Virus record (IMG/VR): IMGVR_UViG_3300029288_000001
Span: 64,001-128,000 of that record
Strand: one strand, 5' to 3'
DNA from: a virus
Lineage: Duplodnaviria; Caudoviricetes
Length of the DNA: 64,000 nt
Below are positions 10,425 to 21,926 of this stretch, piece by piece (positions within the stretch are counted from its first letter, which is position 1; every line of letters begins with the position of its first letter). A model generated the notes under the pieces. It was given only the letters and a program-made list of their open reading frames with translations, did not search any database and was not told where the DNA came from. A program made the translations under genes and the position numbers.

Positions 10425-11735
10425 TTATGTACCGCCCCCGAGCTTCTCTTGTAAGTTCCTCAAATGCGTGATGATTCCCGCGTATAACTGAATACCGTTG
10501 ATTCCCATGTCGTCTCCTAATCCTTGTTTTGTTTGATCAATCCACGCGAAGATTGCGTTAATGTCCTTAGCGACCTCCGCCTTCTCGACCCATTTCTTTC
10601 TGCGAGAACATCTCTTTTTTCTATCCTCTGGTCTATACGAACAATAACCGTTGCAATTGAGGTCTTCGCATTCATAACATAAATCAAAAGGATGAGAGGG
10701 TTCCGCCGCCGCGCCCTTCTCTATTGGTTTAAAATAATCACATATTCCCCATGTATCTACATTCAAGCAATCCTCAGACATATATTGCGAGCAGAATTCC
10801 TTACAAGTTGGTTCGTCGTAAGGTTCGCCCTTCGGTTCAAAACTACTATATTCTTCGTCGCATTCATCGCATTCGGGAGAAGGATCTTTAAACATACATT
10901 CTTCGCATTTCTGAAACATTTTAGAGGGTTTCGATTTCGAGTCGGTCTCTTTCTCTAATTCCGTTTGTCGTAGGTTATAGCCTTGCCAGAACTCGTTTGA
11001 TTTCTCGATCTCGGTCTTGTCTTCCTTCGATTTAAAGATCGGTAATCCACACATGTTTCCGTGCGAGTCTCGAGCACAGTTAGAAGTGTCGATGGTATAA
11101 TCCTTCGGCTTCGAGTCGGTTGAGGGGACTTGAACCCCTATTCCTCCCGTAAGAGAGTCTTTCCCCAGCTCGCGAGCCTGTTCCGCTTGTCTCGGAATTA
11201 GACTGACAACCGATTTCTCGCCCGAAGGCTCCTTCTCTTTCTCTCGTTCTTTGCTACAACTACTTGCGTGATTTACGGGTAGTCCTCCACATTCGGGGCA
11301 TCTAATCGAAGACTCCTTCACTTCGTGTAATTTCTGAGAGAGTTTTCTAAATAAATCAGACGCAATAGAATCAGAAGGTATTCTGCCTTCCGTAACATCC
11401 TTTAGTATGGATTCGATAAGAAAGAGCGCCCCGCGCAGAGCTTCGTTCTCTTTTCGAATATTTACTAATGTTATATTAGTTTTCGTGATCTCTCCCATTT
11501 CAGCTCCAATTCGTTCTTTAATATGCTCTCCTAATTGGTTGAACTGGGCTTCCAGCTTCTCAATCTTAGGCTCTATGAAGTTCTCTTGTCCAATACCACC
11601 TAATATCATCGCCTTCTCGGAGATCCAAGCGTTAATTCGTTTTAGAACTTCAGAATGGTTGTTGTCGAGGCTCGCGACCTTCTCTTTTAGATCGTTAAAT
11701 TCCTTTCGTTCTATATAGTCCATTTCTTTCACCAA
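10425..11735 (-). CDS. mosaic coiled-coil/Cys-rich hypothetical protein (paralog of 16532-17857)
   Basis: Coiled-coil N-terminus, several CxxC modules, shared linkers PxGEKS, TDSK, GAxAEP, EKAxVA. Confidence 0.65.
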   Translation of the reverse strand: MVKEMDYIERKEFNDLKEKVASLDNNHSEVLKRINAWISEKAMILGGIGQENFIEPKIEKLEAQFNQLGEHIKERIGAEMGEITKTNITLVNIRKENEALRGALFLIESILKDVTEGRIPSDSIASDLFRKLSQKLHEVKESSIRCPECGGLPVNHASSCSKEREKEKEPSGEKSVVSLIPRQAEQARELGKDSLTGGIGVQVPSTDSKPKDYTIDTSNCARDSHGNMCGLPIFKSKEDKTEIEKSNEFWQGYNLRQTELEKETDSKSKPSKMFQKCEECMFKDPSPECDECDEEYSSFEPKGEPYDEPTCKEFCSQYMSEDCLNVDTWGICDYFKPIEKGAAAEPSHPFDLCYECEDLNCNGYCSYRPEDRKKRCSRRKKWVEKAEVAKDINAIFAWIDQTKQGLGDDMGINGIQLYAGIITHLRNLQEKLGGGT

Positions 11736-12595
11736 TCCATAAAATATACTATTTCGCGATAAACCGCGATGTGTCTATTCTCGGCTTCTTTCAACGCGTT
11801 ATCCAATAAGTCTCCGTATATATCTTCGCCAATGTAGTCTTTGATATATCCATGGACTTCCCAGTAATCGGCAGAATCGGAATACGAAGTGTTCGTCCTG
11901 CGCTGATACGCACTTATTAAATTTATTATATCGTCCATTTCCAACTCTTCTTTCTCGTAGAAGTTTTTTTCTCTACACCCGTCGCATTCCTCGGGTTCTT
12001 TGTCCTTAAACACGCTTCCACATTCTGTGCATATATAAAACATTATTTTACCAACTCCTCCATGTGCTGATCCATTGCCGCCGTTAAGAAACCTATAAAA
12101 CCTAGTCGATCTTCCTCGTTAAGGAGGTTAATCCTCTTGTTTCCATCGCGGTGTGTTAGAGCGTAACCCCAACCTTTTTGGAACTCGTCCACCAGTTTCT
12201 GTGCTAGGTTCCACGACAACTTCTTCCACTTTTCTAACTCTATTATTTTAGCTTCCATTCGTAACACCTCTTATCCTCTATATTAAGGCAATTATTCGTG
12301 ATATCTTCAAAAAATACAGCAGTTTCGTAGACGGTCACTTCGCCTAGACGTTTTTCGTAGACGAGGATCTTAACCTTACCGTTCTTAAATAACACGATCT
12401 TTCTAAGATCTTTAAATAAACTGTAATACTCCGTTATAATCTTCATAATTCATCCATCCATCAAATTAAAAACTAATCTATTAGAATGAAAACATTTTTT
12501 ACAGATTCTCTTTCCACGACCCCATAATGTTTGGGAGAGGGCTTCGTAGATTTTAATAATTCGTATTTTCTTGCAACTAACGCATCTACCGATCA

Positions 12596-13354
12596 TTACA
12601 ACGCCTCGGGAATGTGTTTTAATTTAACTTTGGTAAACTTTTTTAATGCTTCGATTAATTCCCCTGTCTTATATATCATAGGTTCTGGTAAGACACATCT
12701 GTCGCGGTGGCTATTATATCCTACATAAACGCGTTCTGGTTTAAGTTCCATTAACATGGGAACGAATTCTTCTAAGTCGAACTCTAAGATCGGTTCCACC
12801 GTGACCATGATCGGATTATCGGGCTCCTTTTCTTTAATGTAGGTTAAGAACTCCGCCCATCGTAGTTTTGGCGTAGGAGCGTTCGAGATCGTGCCATATG
12901 CCCGATTGGTTTCGAGGGTTATTGCGAGCATGCAATTGGGAGGGAAGAGCCGATCTATCTTGTAGAAAGTAGCTACATTCTTCGTTTGGAATAAGAACTT
13001 TCGATCGTTCCACTTCTCCGCTAAGACTACTAACTTTTCGATCATCTCCTTCGTAGCGAACGCGAGATCGCCAAACCGCGAGAGCCATATAAATTGATCT
13101 CCGGTAGTCGTAGGCATTCGTTTTTTCGTAGTAAGGTATTTTTGATACCGATCTTCGTGCCAATGAGGCTCGTAGTCGTAGCATTTCTGGCATCCGTTGA
13201 TTTGTTTTCCTTGATCGTCGAAATGTGGCATACGACGCTTCATTTGGGCTTTAAAACTTGGTTTACAATAACTACAAGTATACCCGCAGCCAATAAACAC
13301 ATTACCAAACGGTAACTTGACCGCGTCCTCGTACATATTATCCTTTTCTTCCAT
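12596..13354 (-). CDS. radical-SAM-like phage protein (DUF5131/Gp37Gp68-like)
   Basis: GCGYTCSYC (CxxxCxxC), FQTKN, ITLETN, VTVEPIL. Confidence 0.7.
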   Translation of the reverse strand: MEEKDNMYEDAVKLPFGNVFIGCGYTCSYCKPSFKAQMKRRMPHFDDQGKQINGCQKCYDYEPHWHEDRYQKYLTTKKRMPTTTGDQFIWLSRFGDLAFATKEMIEKLVVLAEKWNDRKFLFQTKNVATFYKIDRLFPPNCMLAITLETNRAYGTISNAPTPKLRWAEFLTYIKEKEPDNPIMVTVEPILEFDLEEFVPMLMELKPERVYVGYNSHRDRCVLPEPMIYKTGELIEALKKFTKVKLKHIPEAL

Positions 13355-14510
13355 ATTTTCTTACTCCTTAAAATCTATTATTAATTTTTGTTTTTGAGAT
13401 TGATCGTCATATATTTTATTTTTAATCAATTCCGAGAGTTCATACATCTCGTATAACATCTCGTCGGTGACTTGGTTCTTACCATGCTTTTCGTTATGGT
13501 CCATAAAATCGTCTAACTCTCCACTACACATAATCATGCTTTTAGAATCCTCCTTGTTCTCGTAGAACGAAAACGCGTTAAGCGGTTCTTCTTCCGTATT
13601 AAAGACCACGATCGAGTTCTCGTTCCATTTAATATCTGGGGGTTCGTGCTCTTCGTACATAAGACCACCAAACTTTTTATTTCTTTTCGCTCCCTCGCTC
13701 GATCGACACGCATATTCCATATCCTACAATTAACATGGCGTGAACTAAGAAAAACGCGAAGAAATAAATGCTCGGGTCGAGTTTCTGTAGGTAGTTCGCG
13801 AGCTGCATAGCGATTGCCATGGCTATAGTTAATATTACTATAACTGAGCTTCCTTTTCCCATTTTTAATATCCCTCTCCTATTTCTTTTACTATTTCGCT
13901 TATCTTATTTATTTTCTTAAATAATTCGCGTATTTCTTCGATCTTGTAATCAAGGTTTTCGCGCCACTTTACTTTTTCTTCTAAAGTCTTGAATTGTTGT
14001 TCTAAACTATATTTTAATTGCCACACATCTTTCCAATCGTGGTCTTTCGCCTCCGCTCGCACCAACGCGACGCGATACGCCTCTTTCGCTTCCTCGAACT
14101 TTTGGTTTAACCCTACCATCGTGGTGCGCAGTAACGCGACCTCGTTCCTTACATCCAATAGTTCCTTTCTAAGATCTTCGCTCATTCTTTCTTTTCCTCG
14201 TCGGTTATCTTAATATGACTTTCGCCCTTTAACTTCGCTTCGCGTATCTTCAGGATGAGACCGTGCATACGATTTTTATGGATTATCTGCACTCGGGCAA
14301 AGGTCTCCTCGCATTTTTTAATAAGCTCTATGGGCTCGGAGGTTTCTACTTTATGACCTATATAGTCGTTGGTAGGGTTTCCACAGATAACGCAATTACA
14401 TCCGTTTTCCCGAACGGGATCATCGTCCTTGTTCGCGAGTTCGAGAAGCTCGGTTAAATACTCCTTCCTACACAATTCGCACATTACTTCCGATATATGC
14501 ATTCTAACTC

Positions 14511-14753
14511 TCATTTTTCTTCTTTTCCTCCTTCTTTTTTATTGGTTCTCTGGCTTCGTAACCACTCCATCTTTAACCATAACGGTATTTTCCCTTCTCC
14601 TTTACATAGATCGCAGTCGTAGGGAACGCCTTCTTCGTGTAAGTTGTAGCCGTATTCTCTATACCCTCCTTCGCCGTGGCATTCTGGACACGTCACGATC
14701 TTATATTTATTACTGGGAGAACTATTACCTGGTCTTTTATGAATCATTCTCAT
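14511..14753 (-). CDS. DnaJ-type zinc-finger protein
   Basis: CPECHGEG...CDLCKGEG. Confidence 0.6.
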   Translation of the reverse strand: MRMIHKRPGNSSPSNKYKIVTCPECHGEGGYREYGYNLHEEGVPYDCDLCKGEGKIPLWLKMEWLRSQRTNKKEGGKEEK

Positions 14754-15098
14754 TTTATTAGATCACCTTTTTATAATTTACCATATCTTGATACGCGCAC
14801 CGCGACTTGTTGTGCTTGGGACATAGATTCCATTTTTTATAGAAACGGCATTTGAGCTTGCACTCGATGTCCTCGATCTCTTTTTCGATCTTATAGAGCT
14901 TAACCTCGTAGTGTCCTATCTTTTCTACCACCTCGTGGTAACGCTTTAACATCTTCGCGTCCTCGTCGGGTTCCTTTTCTTCGTCCTCTTCCTCCTCGTC
15001 CCAGTCGTCTGTCTCTATTTCGAGTTGGCGGTAAAGCCAATCTCTTTCTTCCTCTAAACCCTTTATTGTTTTCTTCGCGTCTTTTAGATCTTCAAGTA

Positions 15099-15491
15099 TT
15101 ATCCAACCATCGGGTTCCATACTTCCCCTCTCGCTTCTACTTCTTTCTTAATTTTTAGTAACTTAATTAATATCTGCCCATGACACTTCAATGGCGTTAG
15201 AGTGCGCGTCGTTGCACACCAACATCCAAGTCTTAACCCCTCGAGCTCGTTCAGGTTAAACATCTTCGGATCTAACGAGATTCGTTTCCGTATGTAGTTC
15301 TCGTATAACTCCAACGCTTTCGCGCCGTATTTCTCGATCGAAAACGGGTTCGCCCATTTCGAGTCCTTGGGAAACTCCTCGTGGAGCGCGTGCGTTCTCA
15401 TCTGAGCGCGACCTATGTAGAGGTCGTAGTGGGGACGCACTCCTTTTACCTTGTGGATGTCGATAACCATGCTCATTACAACCACCCCCAA
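15099..15491 (-). CDS. DUF4326-family protein
   Basis: YIGR...SKWANPF...LGCWC...CHG.IL. Confidence 0.8.
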   Translation of the reverse strand: MGVVVMSMVIDIHKVKGVRPHYDLYIGRAQMRTHALHEEFPKDSKWANPFSIEKYGAKALELYENYIRKRISLDPKMFNLNELEGLRLGCWCATTRTLTPLKCHGQILIKLLKIKKEVEARGEVWNPMVG

Positions 15492-16531
15492 TATAGAATG
15501 TCAAGGTCGCGTTCGTCTTGTAGTTTGGATACCTTTATCCATTTCTCCGTTAGTCTATTTATAAAATTCAATAATTGTTGAGGCGTGAGCACTTGGAATT
15601 GAGAACAATCCTTTAATTCTCGCGGTAATTTCTCCCACCCCTCCTGTAATTGGAGGTGTTTAAAATTCATTATTTTATCCATTATTTTACAGTTGGTTTT
15701 ATGATCGCAGATATCGCATATTGGAATCGTTTTAATTGCCTCCTTTCGTTTCTAAATAACATCCTTCTTTTCGATCTTAATGTCATACGCGTTCATCTTA
15801 GTTAGTAACGCTTCTCGGATTATTCTAACTACGAACTCGTTCAACGCCACTTTCTTGTCTCTATAAGAATCTGGTAGCACTATTTCCGCCTCGTCCATAA
15901 ACCCATATACGTAATCCTTCACCAATTTCTTACCGTGATTCTCCATATATTCTTTAATGTATTTCGCTACGAATTTATGCACTTCGAACTTCTCTAACTC
16001 CTCGTGCAAGACTTGATACGCGATTCCGCGAATGTCCTTTTCCAACTCGCTAATATTGACTCGTATTTTACAGTCTTTCTTGTCTTCGGTCATTTCCGCG
16101 CCCCCGCCTCTTTCAGTTTTTTAATAATATTATTTAATATAAAAGTATCGTTAATATTTCTATCCCACTTCCGTTGTTCTATGGTTAGAATTGATTGTAA
16201 TTCAGAATCAGATAAAAGCGACATTTTTAAATGTTTTATTAATCGTATTAAATGATTTAAATGCGTTCTATTCTCCGCGTGACATACCACATTCACATAA
16301 TTAATCTGTCGCGTGGCATCTATTTTATCTATTAATAAACGCGTTATTTCCTTTAGGCTCATGGAGCGCCCGCCTCCTTCGTTTTATGTTCTTCTATAAA
16401 ATAGTCTATAATAAAATTAACTAAAGATTCAACGGCATAATAAGCGTGAGGATTATGAATAACATCAATAATAGGACCTCCAAGAGCTTTTGTTTTTTCG
16501 CGGAGTTCGTCTATAAAAGCTTTCTCGTCCA

Positions 16532-17857
16532 TTACTTTTCTCCCCCGATCTCCTTTCTTAGTTTTTCAATATATACGGAAATTATTCCTTTTAGCGTTTT
16601 ATGATCGATACACGCGTCAACATATTTCTGTAATTGATCGGCGACTACTGCCTTTTCGATCACATCGATGTGTTCCATTACCGATTCTTCGTTGTTTTTC
16701 GTGCGATCTATAACGATTATTTTTTCAAGAGGGAGACAATTTGGATAAAACCAATTTCCTTTGAGATCCTTACATTTTAGTCCGCATTCGTCTATTCCTT
16801 CACCACCTATCGCGAAAGGACAACGATCGCATTGACCAGGGACTGGTTCCGCCGTCGCGCCTCTCATTTTATTGAACTCGTCTTGAACTTCCTTTTCCGT
16901 AATATCAGGGATCTTTAGATGAGACGCCGCCTCTTTCTCGTCTTCTTCCTTAATCCTCTTACAATAATCTATTTCCGATTCGCCGTCGATCTCAGAAACT
17001 ACGGTGTAAGGAGCGGTAGAGAGAACCGTTCCCACAGGAGGGTCCACTCTTTTATAACATTCACAATCGCATTTATTACAGTCTCTATCATAATGGTCGG
17101 CGAATGTATGTCCACACTTACAAAGGGGATGATCCTTCGCTTTCGAGTCGGTCTTTTCCTTCTCTCTTTTTTCGATTAACGCTTTTCTTTCTTGTTTATA
17201 TTTGATCTCGTCGTACACGCTACATCCTACCGTTCTATTGTTTTTTTCTTTACAATCAATAGATTTGGGACACTTCTCGCATACAATAATCGATTTCTCG
17301 CCTGGAGGATCTGTCGCTTCTTTCATTATTTTTTTTAATCTCTCTTCTTCTTTTTTAAACTCGAACGCTTCCTTTATAGAAGGATCGCCAATTCTTATAT
17401 CTCGTAGTCCTCTTGATTGGTAAGCGTCTTGGATTGAATGAGAAGGTGGTATTCCTTCCTTCTTTCCTTCGAGCGCGTCTAACCTCTTTAATACGCTCTG
17501 TTCCTCTTTCCACTCTTCTTGAGACGAGTTCACGCACGCACGCATCCAAGTTTCGAGATCGTTTAACCGCAGTAACATTTCCTCCCGTCCTTCGATCTCT
17601 TTCGTCATTACTACCATCCTCTCTTCGATCTTACATTCGAGCGTTTCTATTCTATCTCGGAAGTCTATAAGCACCTCTCCCGTCTGCGTGAGCTCTCGGT
17701 CGGCGAAGGTTGTAAGGTCTTTTACCTTGTCCTCTATTTCGTGAAACCTTTGTCGTATTCCATCTATAACGCTCAGTTGATCGTTCCTATGTCTCGCGAG
17801 GATGTCTTCGAGCTTGTCCAACCGTTCTTTTAATTGGATGCTTTCGTAGTCGGTCAT
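16532..17857 (-). CDS. mosaic coiled-coil/Cys-rich hypothetical protein (paralog of 10425-11735)
   Basis: Same architecture and linker motifs as 10425-11735. Confidence 0.65.
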   Translation of the reverse strand: MTDYESIQLKERLDKLEDILARHRNDQLSVIDGIRQRFHEIEDKVKDLTTFADRELTQTGEVLIDFRDRIETLECKIEERMVVMTKEIEGREEMLLRLNDLETWMRACVNSSQEEWKEEQSVLKRLDALEGKKEGIPPSHSIQDAYQSRGLRDIRIGDPSIKEAFEFKKEEERLKKIMKEATDPPGEKSIIVCEKCPKSIDCKEKNNRTVGCSVYDEIKYKQERKALIEKREKEKTDSKAKDHPLCKCGHTFADHYDRDCNKCDCECYKRVDPPVGTVLSTAPYTVVSEIDGESEIDYCKRIKEEDEKEAASHLKIPDITEKEVQDEFNKMRGATAEPVPGQCDRCPFAIGGEGIDECGLKCKDLKGNWFYPNCLPLEKIIVIDRTKNNEESVMEHIDVIEKAVVADQLQKYVDACIDHKTLKGIISVYIEKLRKEIGGEK

Positions 17858-18779
17858 TTCTTGTTAATTACCTCCATTACTTTCTTTTTCCCCTCCTCTG
17901 ATAGATCGTCCATAGTTCTCTGCGACGGAGGGTGCTCGCAGCCGTATTCTGAGCACGACACAAGACCCGTTAATGCACCGTGGGTGAGGATCACGCCGTC
18001 TGGCTCATTAAGGTAATAGTTAGCTAAAAGACACGCTACTCCAAAACTATTTCCAGAATGTTCGTCGCTCGTAACTCCTTTCTGTAGATCGTCGTTATCG
18101 TGGAACTCCTTAACCGTTTTATTGTTCTTCTTACAGTAGTCTGCTATTTTCACGGCTTCTTCGCAGCACATTAACTCGTAGCCTCCGAACGCGTGGTTAA
18201 AATTAGAACAACTCCTTCGAAACCGATCGATTCTTTTCTGGAATATGGGTGGTAGCGCATTGTACTGCGCGTCTTGTTTCTTCTGGTCGTATAAACGATA
18301 GAAGAAGCACTCTCCGTTATCGGTGAGGCTTTCCGTCTTACAGTCGGTAGTGTCTTCTTTATAATACACGCATTCTTTACATTTTTCGTTCATGATCGTT
18401 CTCTTTTTCTTTATTTTGATTAGTATATTATAAATATAAAAAAATAATTATTTCTTAATTAATAGATCGCTTAATTCGCACAGTTTCAACAATCGTTCTA
18501 GGACTTTTTCGTAGTCTTCTTTCTTATAGTCACAAACGCGCGTATCAAAGATGATCTTCTTCTTCTTTTTTAATTGTTTATCCGTTTTTCTTCGCGCTTT
18601 ATAACTATCAATCCTAGTATCTATTACTAAATTAGAATATATCTTCGTCTCGGTGATATTAATGTGTCGTTCGGACTCTCGATTCTTGATGTGATGGTAT
18701 GCCACTAATTCCACTTGAGGCATGCACGGGTTCGTGTAAAAAATTAATTTAAAGTAAAATCTAGGATCCATTTCTTTCC

Positions 18780-19655
18780 TTACCCCTTTATTTTATCGTT
18801 TAAATAATTGAAGAACTCTTTCCTTGCCTTCTCTCCGATCGCTTTCTTGACTGCGTCCGTGATCACGGTCTCTCCTTTCGATTCTTTTTCCACATCCGCG
18901 ATCATTGCCTTGATCACATCTCCGGTATCTTTTTTATCAGGATCCGCAGGGAGACCATATTTCGTAGGGTTACTCATTAAATGACTAAGCCGCCCAGCAG
19001 TGACCCATTCTTCCGCGATCGCTTTCGCTTCTGTTAAGACCTTCAACTTCGCGGGATCGTCTATAGCTCGGGGAGTTTTAACTTCGTCGTATTCTGGGTT
19101 TCTATATTTCGCGATCACTCTAGAACCGTTGTTGGATGTAAACTCTTCTAATGGATGGAGCACTAACCCTTCGCGTAGATGCTCACCCATCTCTTTCTTT
19201 GCGGCTATCGTAGAAGGTAATCTCGCAACTCGCATTACTTCTTCTGGCGTAGCGTCTATGATCACAGAATCTACCACTTGTAACCCTAGTTGTCCTCCCA
19301 GTGCGATCGTTTTATCGAACGAAAGCCACATATCCTCTACTCGGATGTCGAACAAGATGAAATCTGAGTTCTTTCCATACATATGGCTCATTTTATTGAT
19401 CTTTCCTCCGTAGAACTCGCCATGGAGCTTCACTTTCTTAGTTCCAAACTTTTCGCGCATAAGAGCTAATAACTTCTCGTGGTTGAATAGCGCCTTAAAT
19501 ACATCTGCGGAACCTCCTCCTGAATGATAGAAAAGATTATCGTCCTTATAGGTAATCCACGCGCTCGTGCCGTGAATCTTCTCGGTCGCCCAGATCTTCT
19601 TAAACAACAATATTTGTTGGTTTTTATACAAATTCTCGATTTCTAAATAACCCAT
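18780..19655 (-). CDS. ATP-dependent RNA ligase, Rnl2-like
   Basis: Motif I TEKIHGTS, motif III LHGEFYG, IIIa ILFDI, IV REGLVL, V IAKYRN. Confidence 0.8.
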   Translation of the reverse strand: MGYLEIENLYKNQQILLFKKIWATEKIHGTSAWITYKDDNLFYHSGGGSADVFKALFNHEKLLALMREKFGTKKVKLHGEFYGGKINKMSHMYGKNSDFILFDIRVEDMWLSFDKTIALGGQLGLQVVDSVIIDATPEEVMRVARLPSTIAAKKEMGEHLREGLVLHPLEEFTSNNGSRVIAKYRNPEYDEVKTPRAIDDPAKLKVLTEAKAIAEEWVTAGRLSHLMSNPTKYGLPADPDKKDTGDVIKAMIADVEKESKGETVITDAVKKAIGEKARKEFFNYLNDKIKG

Positions 19656-20207
19656 ATTTTTTCACTTTTTTTTATTAATATAAATTTCTTCGCATTCCTT
19701 ACAGAACGCCGTTAATCTTCTTGGTATCGACCAATGCGATTCTACCCAGTATAGTTCCACGGAAGGAACGATCTTCTCGCACCAGTCGCACTTCACGCCT
19801 TTATTTTCCTTAATGAAATCTAGCCAATATTCTGCGCTCATTTCTTAATTGCACTCCATTTACTATTGTTAAAACATCCTACTGTTTGGCAGAGATCGCC
19901 GTGCGTGTCTTTACCGTATTCACAGTTTCCACAGGTTAGTTTACAATGATTCACACACCAAAAATGGTGATACTTGGGATTTAAACCGTCGTCGTCTATG
20001 TGGTATTCGTTATAGACCTTGCCTCCGCATTCGGGGCATTTCATGGTAGTCAAGCTCATTTTTAATCACCATTTATGCTATCGAATCAAATACGGTCTTA
20101 CCACATTTATAACATTCTAAAGAAAACGATCCTTTTTCGTAGTGTAATTTAGTGTTACACGAGGGACATCGTATCTTCTTGGTTCTATTTTTAATTCTCG
20201 TTTTCAA

Positions 20208-20450
20208 TCACCATTTATAATCCTTATCGTTTTCCTCGTGGTATTTCTTATTAAGCTCGCCGCAGATCTTGGGCGCAGTGCTTACTGGCGCTTTAAATAT
20301 GTGTTTAAACGCGCTTTCAAAATCGATCATCGTGCCGCACAGAGCGCACCTTCTTTTCTTAATACGCTTCGTCGCGTAGGTGTATTGCTTACACCGTGGA
20401 CATTGGAAACAGAATATTTCCGCGTCCGTTGATTTCTTAGAGTCTTCCAT
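20208..20450 (-). CDS. archaeal zinc-ribbon protein (DUF1922-like)
   Basis: FQCPRCKQYTY...KRRCALCG. Confidence 0.55.
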   Translation of the reverse strand: MEDSKKSTDAEIFCFQCPRCKQYTYATKRIKKRRCALCGTMIDFESAFKHIFKAPVSTAPKICGELNKKYHEENDKDYKW

Positions 20451-21278
20451 CTTCTATTCTCCACCTTACTTCCCATTTTATAAAACTTTTGAATTCTTGT
20501 AATAACATATCGATCTTAAACATAAGCTCTCCTATAGTCGGTTTTACTTGTTGCCATTGCATTATGCAAGTTATTTTGCGACTTCCCCCGTGCGTGAATA
20601 CTTCCTCGTGGTTGCCATTATGATGCTTCCGTAATTGACAATAGAAGGTACAACTGTTGTCGCCAAAATCGTCTCCTATGGACAACTTCGCCTTACATTG
20701 TCCTTTTTCTCGATGTCTCATATTAATCGTGGTTTACTTGTTCGTAGTCGATTATACAGATCAAGCGAAGCGACTGTTGCACGAGCTTCCAAGTCATCGT
20801 ATACGCGCATGTTTCGCACGCTTTTTCTTTCATGAAGTCGTTAATCCTTTTCTCAAAACTGGATAACTCTTCCGTGCCAATCGTTTCCTTATAGCCATTA
20901 ACGATCGCACCTTGGACAAATATTTTAATCGTCATTTTTCTTAACCTCGTATTCTTTTATTATTTTCTTAATTCTTTCCCGCTCGTCGTCAAAACTAGCG
21001 TAGATTTCAACCAATTTGTAGAAGAACTCGTCCGACTGCTCGTTGGTGAGCTTAGACCAGACTTCCTCGATGTCCATTTCAACATTCGTATTTATTTTTA
21101 TTCTCGTCATCCTTATCCAACTTCCGCAATTTTAGATCGTATAACATGCAAGTTACATTACGGCACGCGTACCAGTCATCTCTTCCCTCGAATGGGTCGT
21201 CCTTGAAGAGGAGCTTCCCACACGATAAACAAGAGGGTCGTTCGTCTGACATTTTGATTTTTTCTCTTTTTTAATAAA

Positions 21279-21926
21279 TTATATTATTTTTATTTGTTTA
21301 TAAATCTTTTTATCGTTACTCTTAACATATTTCTTGTAATCGAACGACACTAATTCGCGATCGAAGTGAATTCCTATGTTGTTAACCCATAGCACCACGA
21401 TCGAAGGGAAGTTCGACACGCTCATTACTTTCTTTAATAAAGGTTTTCCCGTTTTCGGATCGATGACTTTCAGACCCGTTTTCTTGTCCACGACCTCCTT
21501 GTAGTAGAATGGCTTCCCGTCCACGAGGAAGTTAATGCGTCCTTTACAGAGAAGGAAATACTGGGCGTGGTAACAATAATCGTGGAAATATTTAGTCTCC
21601 GTCCTCGCGGGTATGAGCAAGGCGATCAGGCATCTACGATTATGGAGAACGGCTTCGTCGTGCTCGAAGGAACATTTCATAGACCATTCCTTTACATGCG
21701 AGTAAGGAGGGTTCACGAACACGAGTTCCTCTTTCCACGATTGTAAGAGACCGTTGGTCTCCTTCGTGAATACTTTGGGAGCTTTCTTGTTCTTCTCCGT
21801 GCCACACGCGTCCAGAGTAAATTCTACATCTAGAAACGATTCTAGCGCTTTTACGACTTCTGGAGGAGTTTCCCAGTCATCGGAGCTCGTTTCCTTGGGA
21901 GCGCGGCTAAAACCTTCTTTATTCAT
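21279..21926 (-). CDS. phage-type DNA N6-adenine methyltransferase (Dam-like)
   Basis: DDWETPP, FTLDAC, VFVNPPYS, LLIPARTET.YF, GRINF. Confidence 0.88.
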   Translation of the reverse strand: MNKEGFSRAPKETSSDDWETPPEVVKALESFLDVEFTLDACGTEKNKKAPKVFTKETNGLLQSWKEELVFVNPPYSHVKEWSMKCSFEHDEAVLHNRRCLIALLIPARTETKYFHDYCYHAQYFLLCKGRINFLVDGKPFYYKEVVDKKTGLKVIDPKTGKPLLKKVMSVSNFPSIVVLWVNNIGIHFDRELVSFDYKKYVKSNDKKIYKQIKII

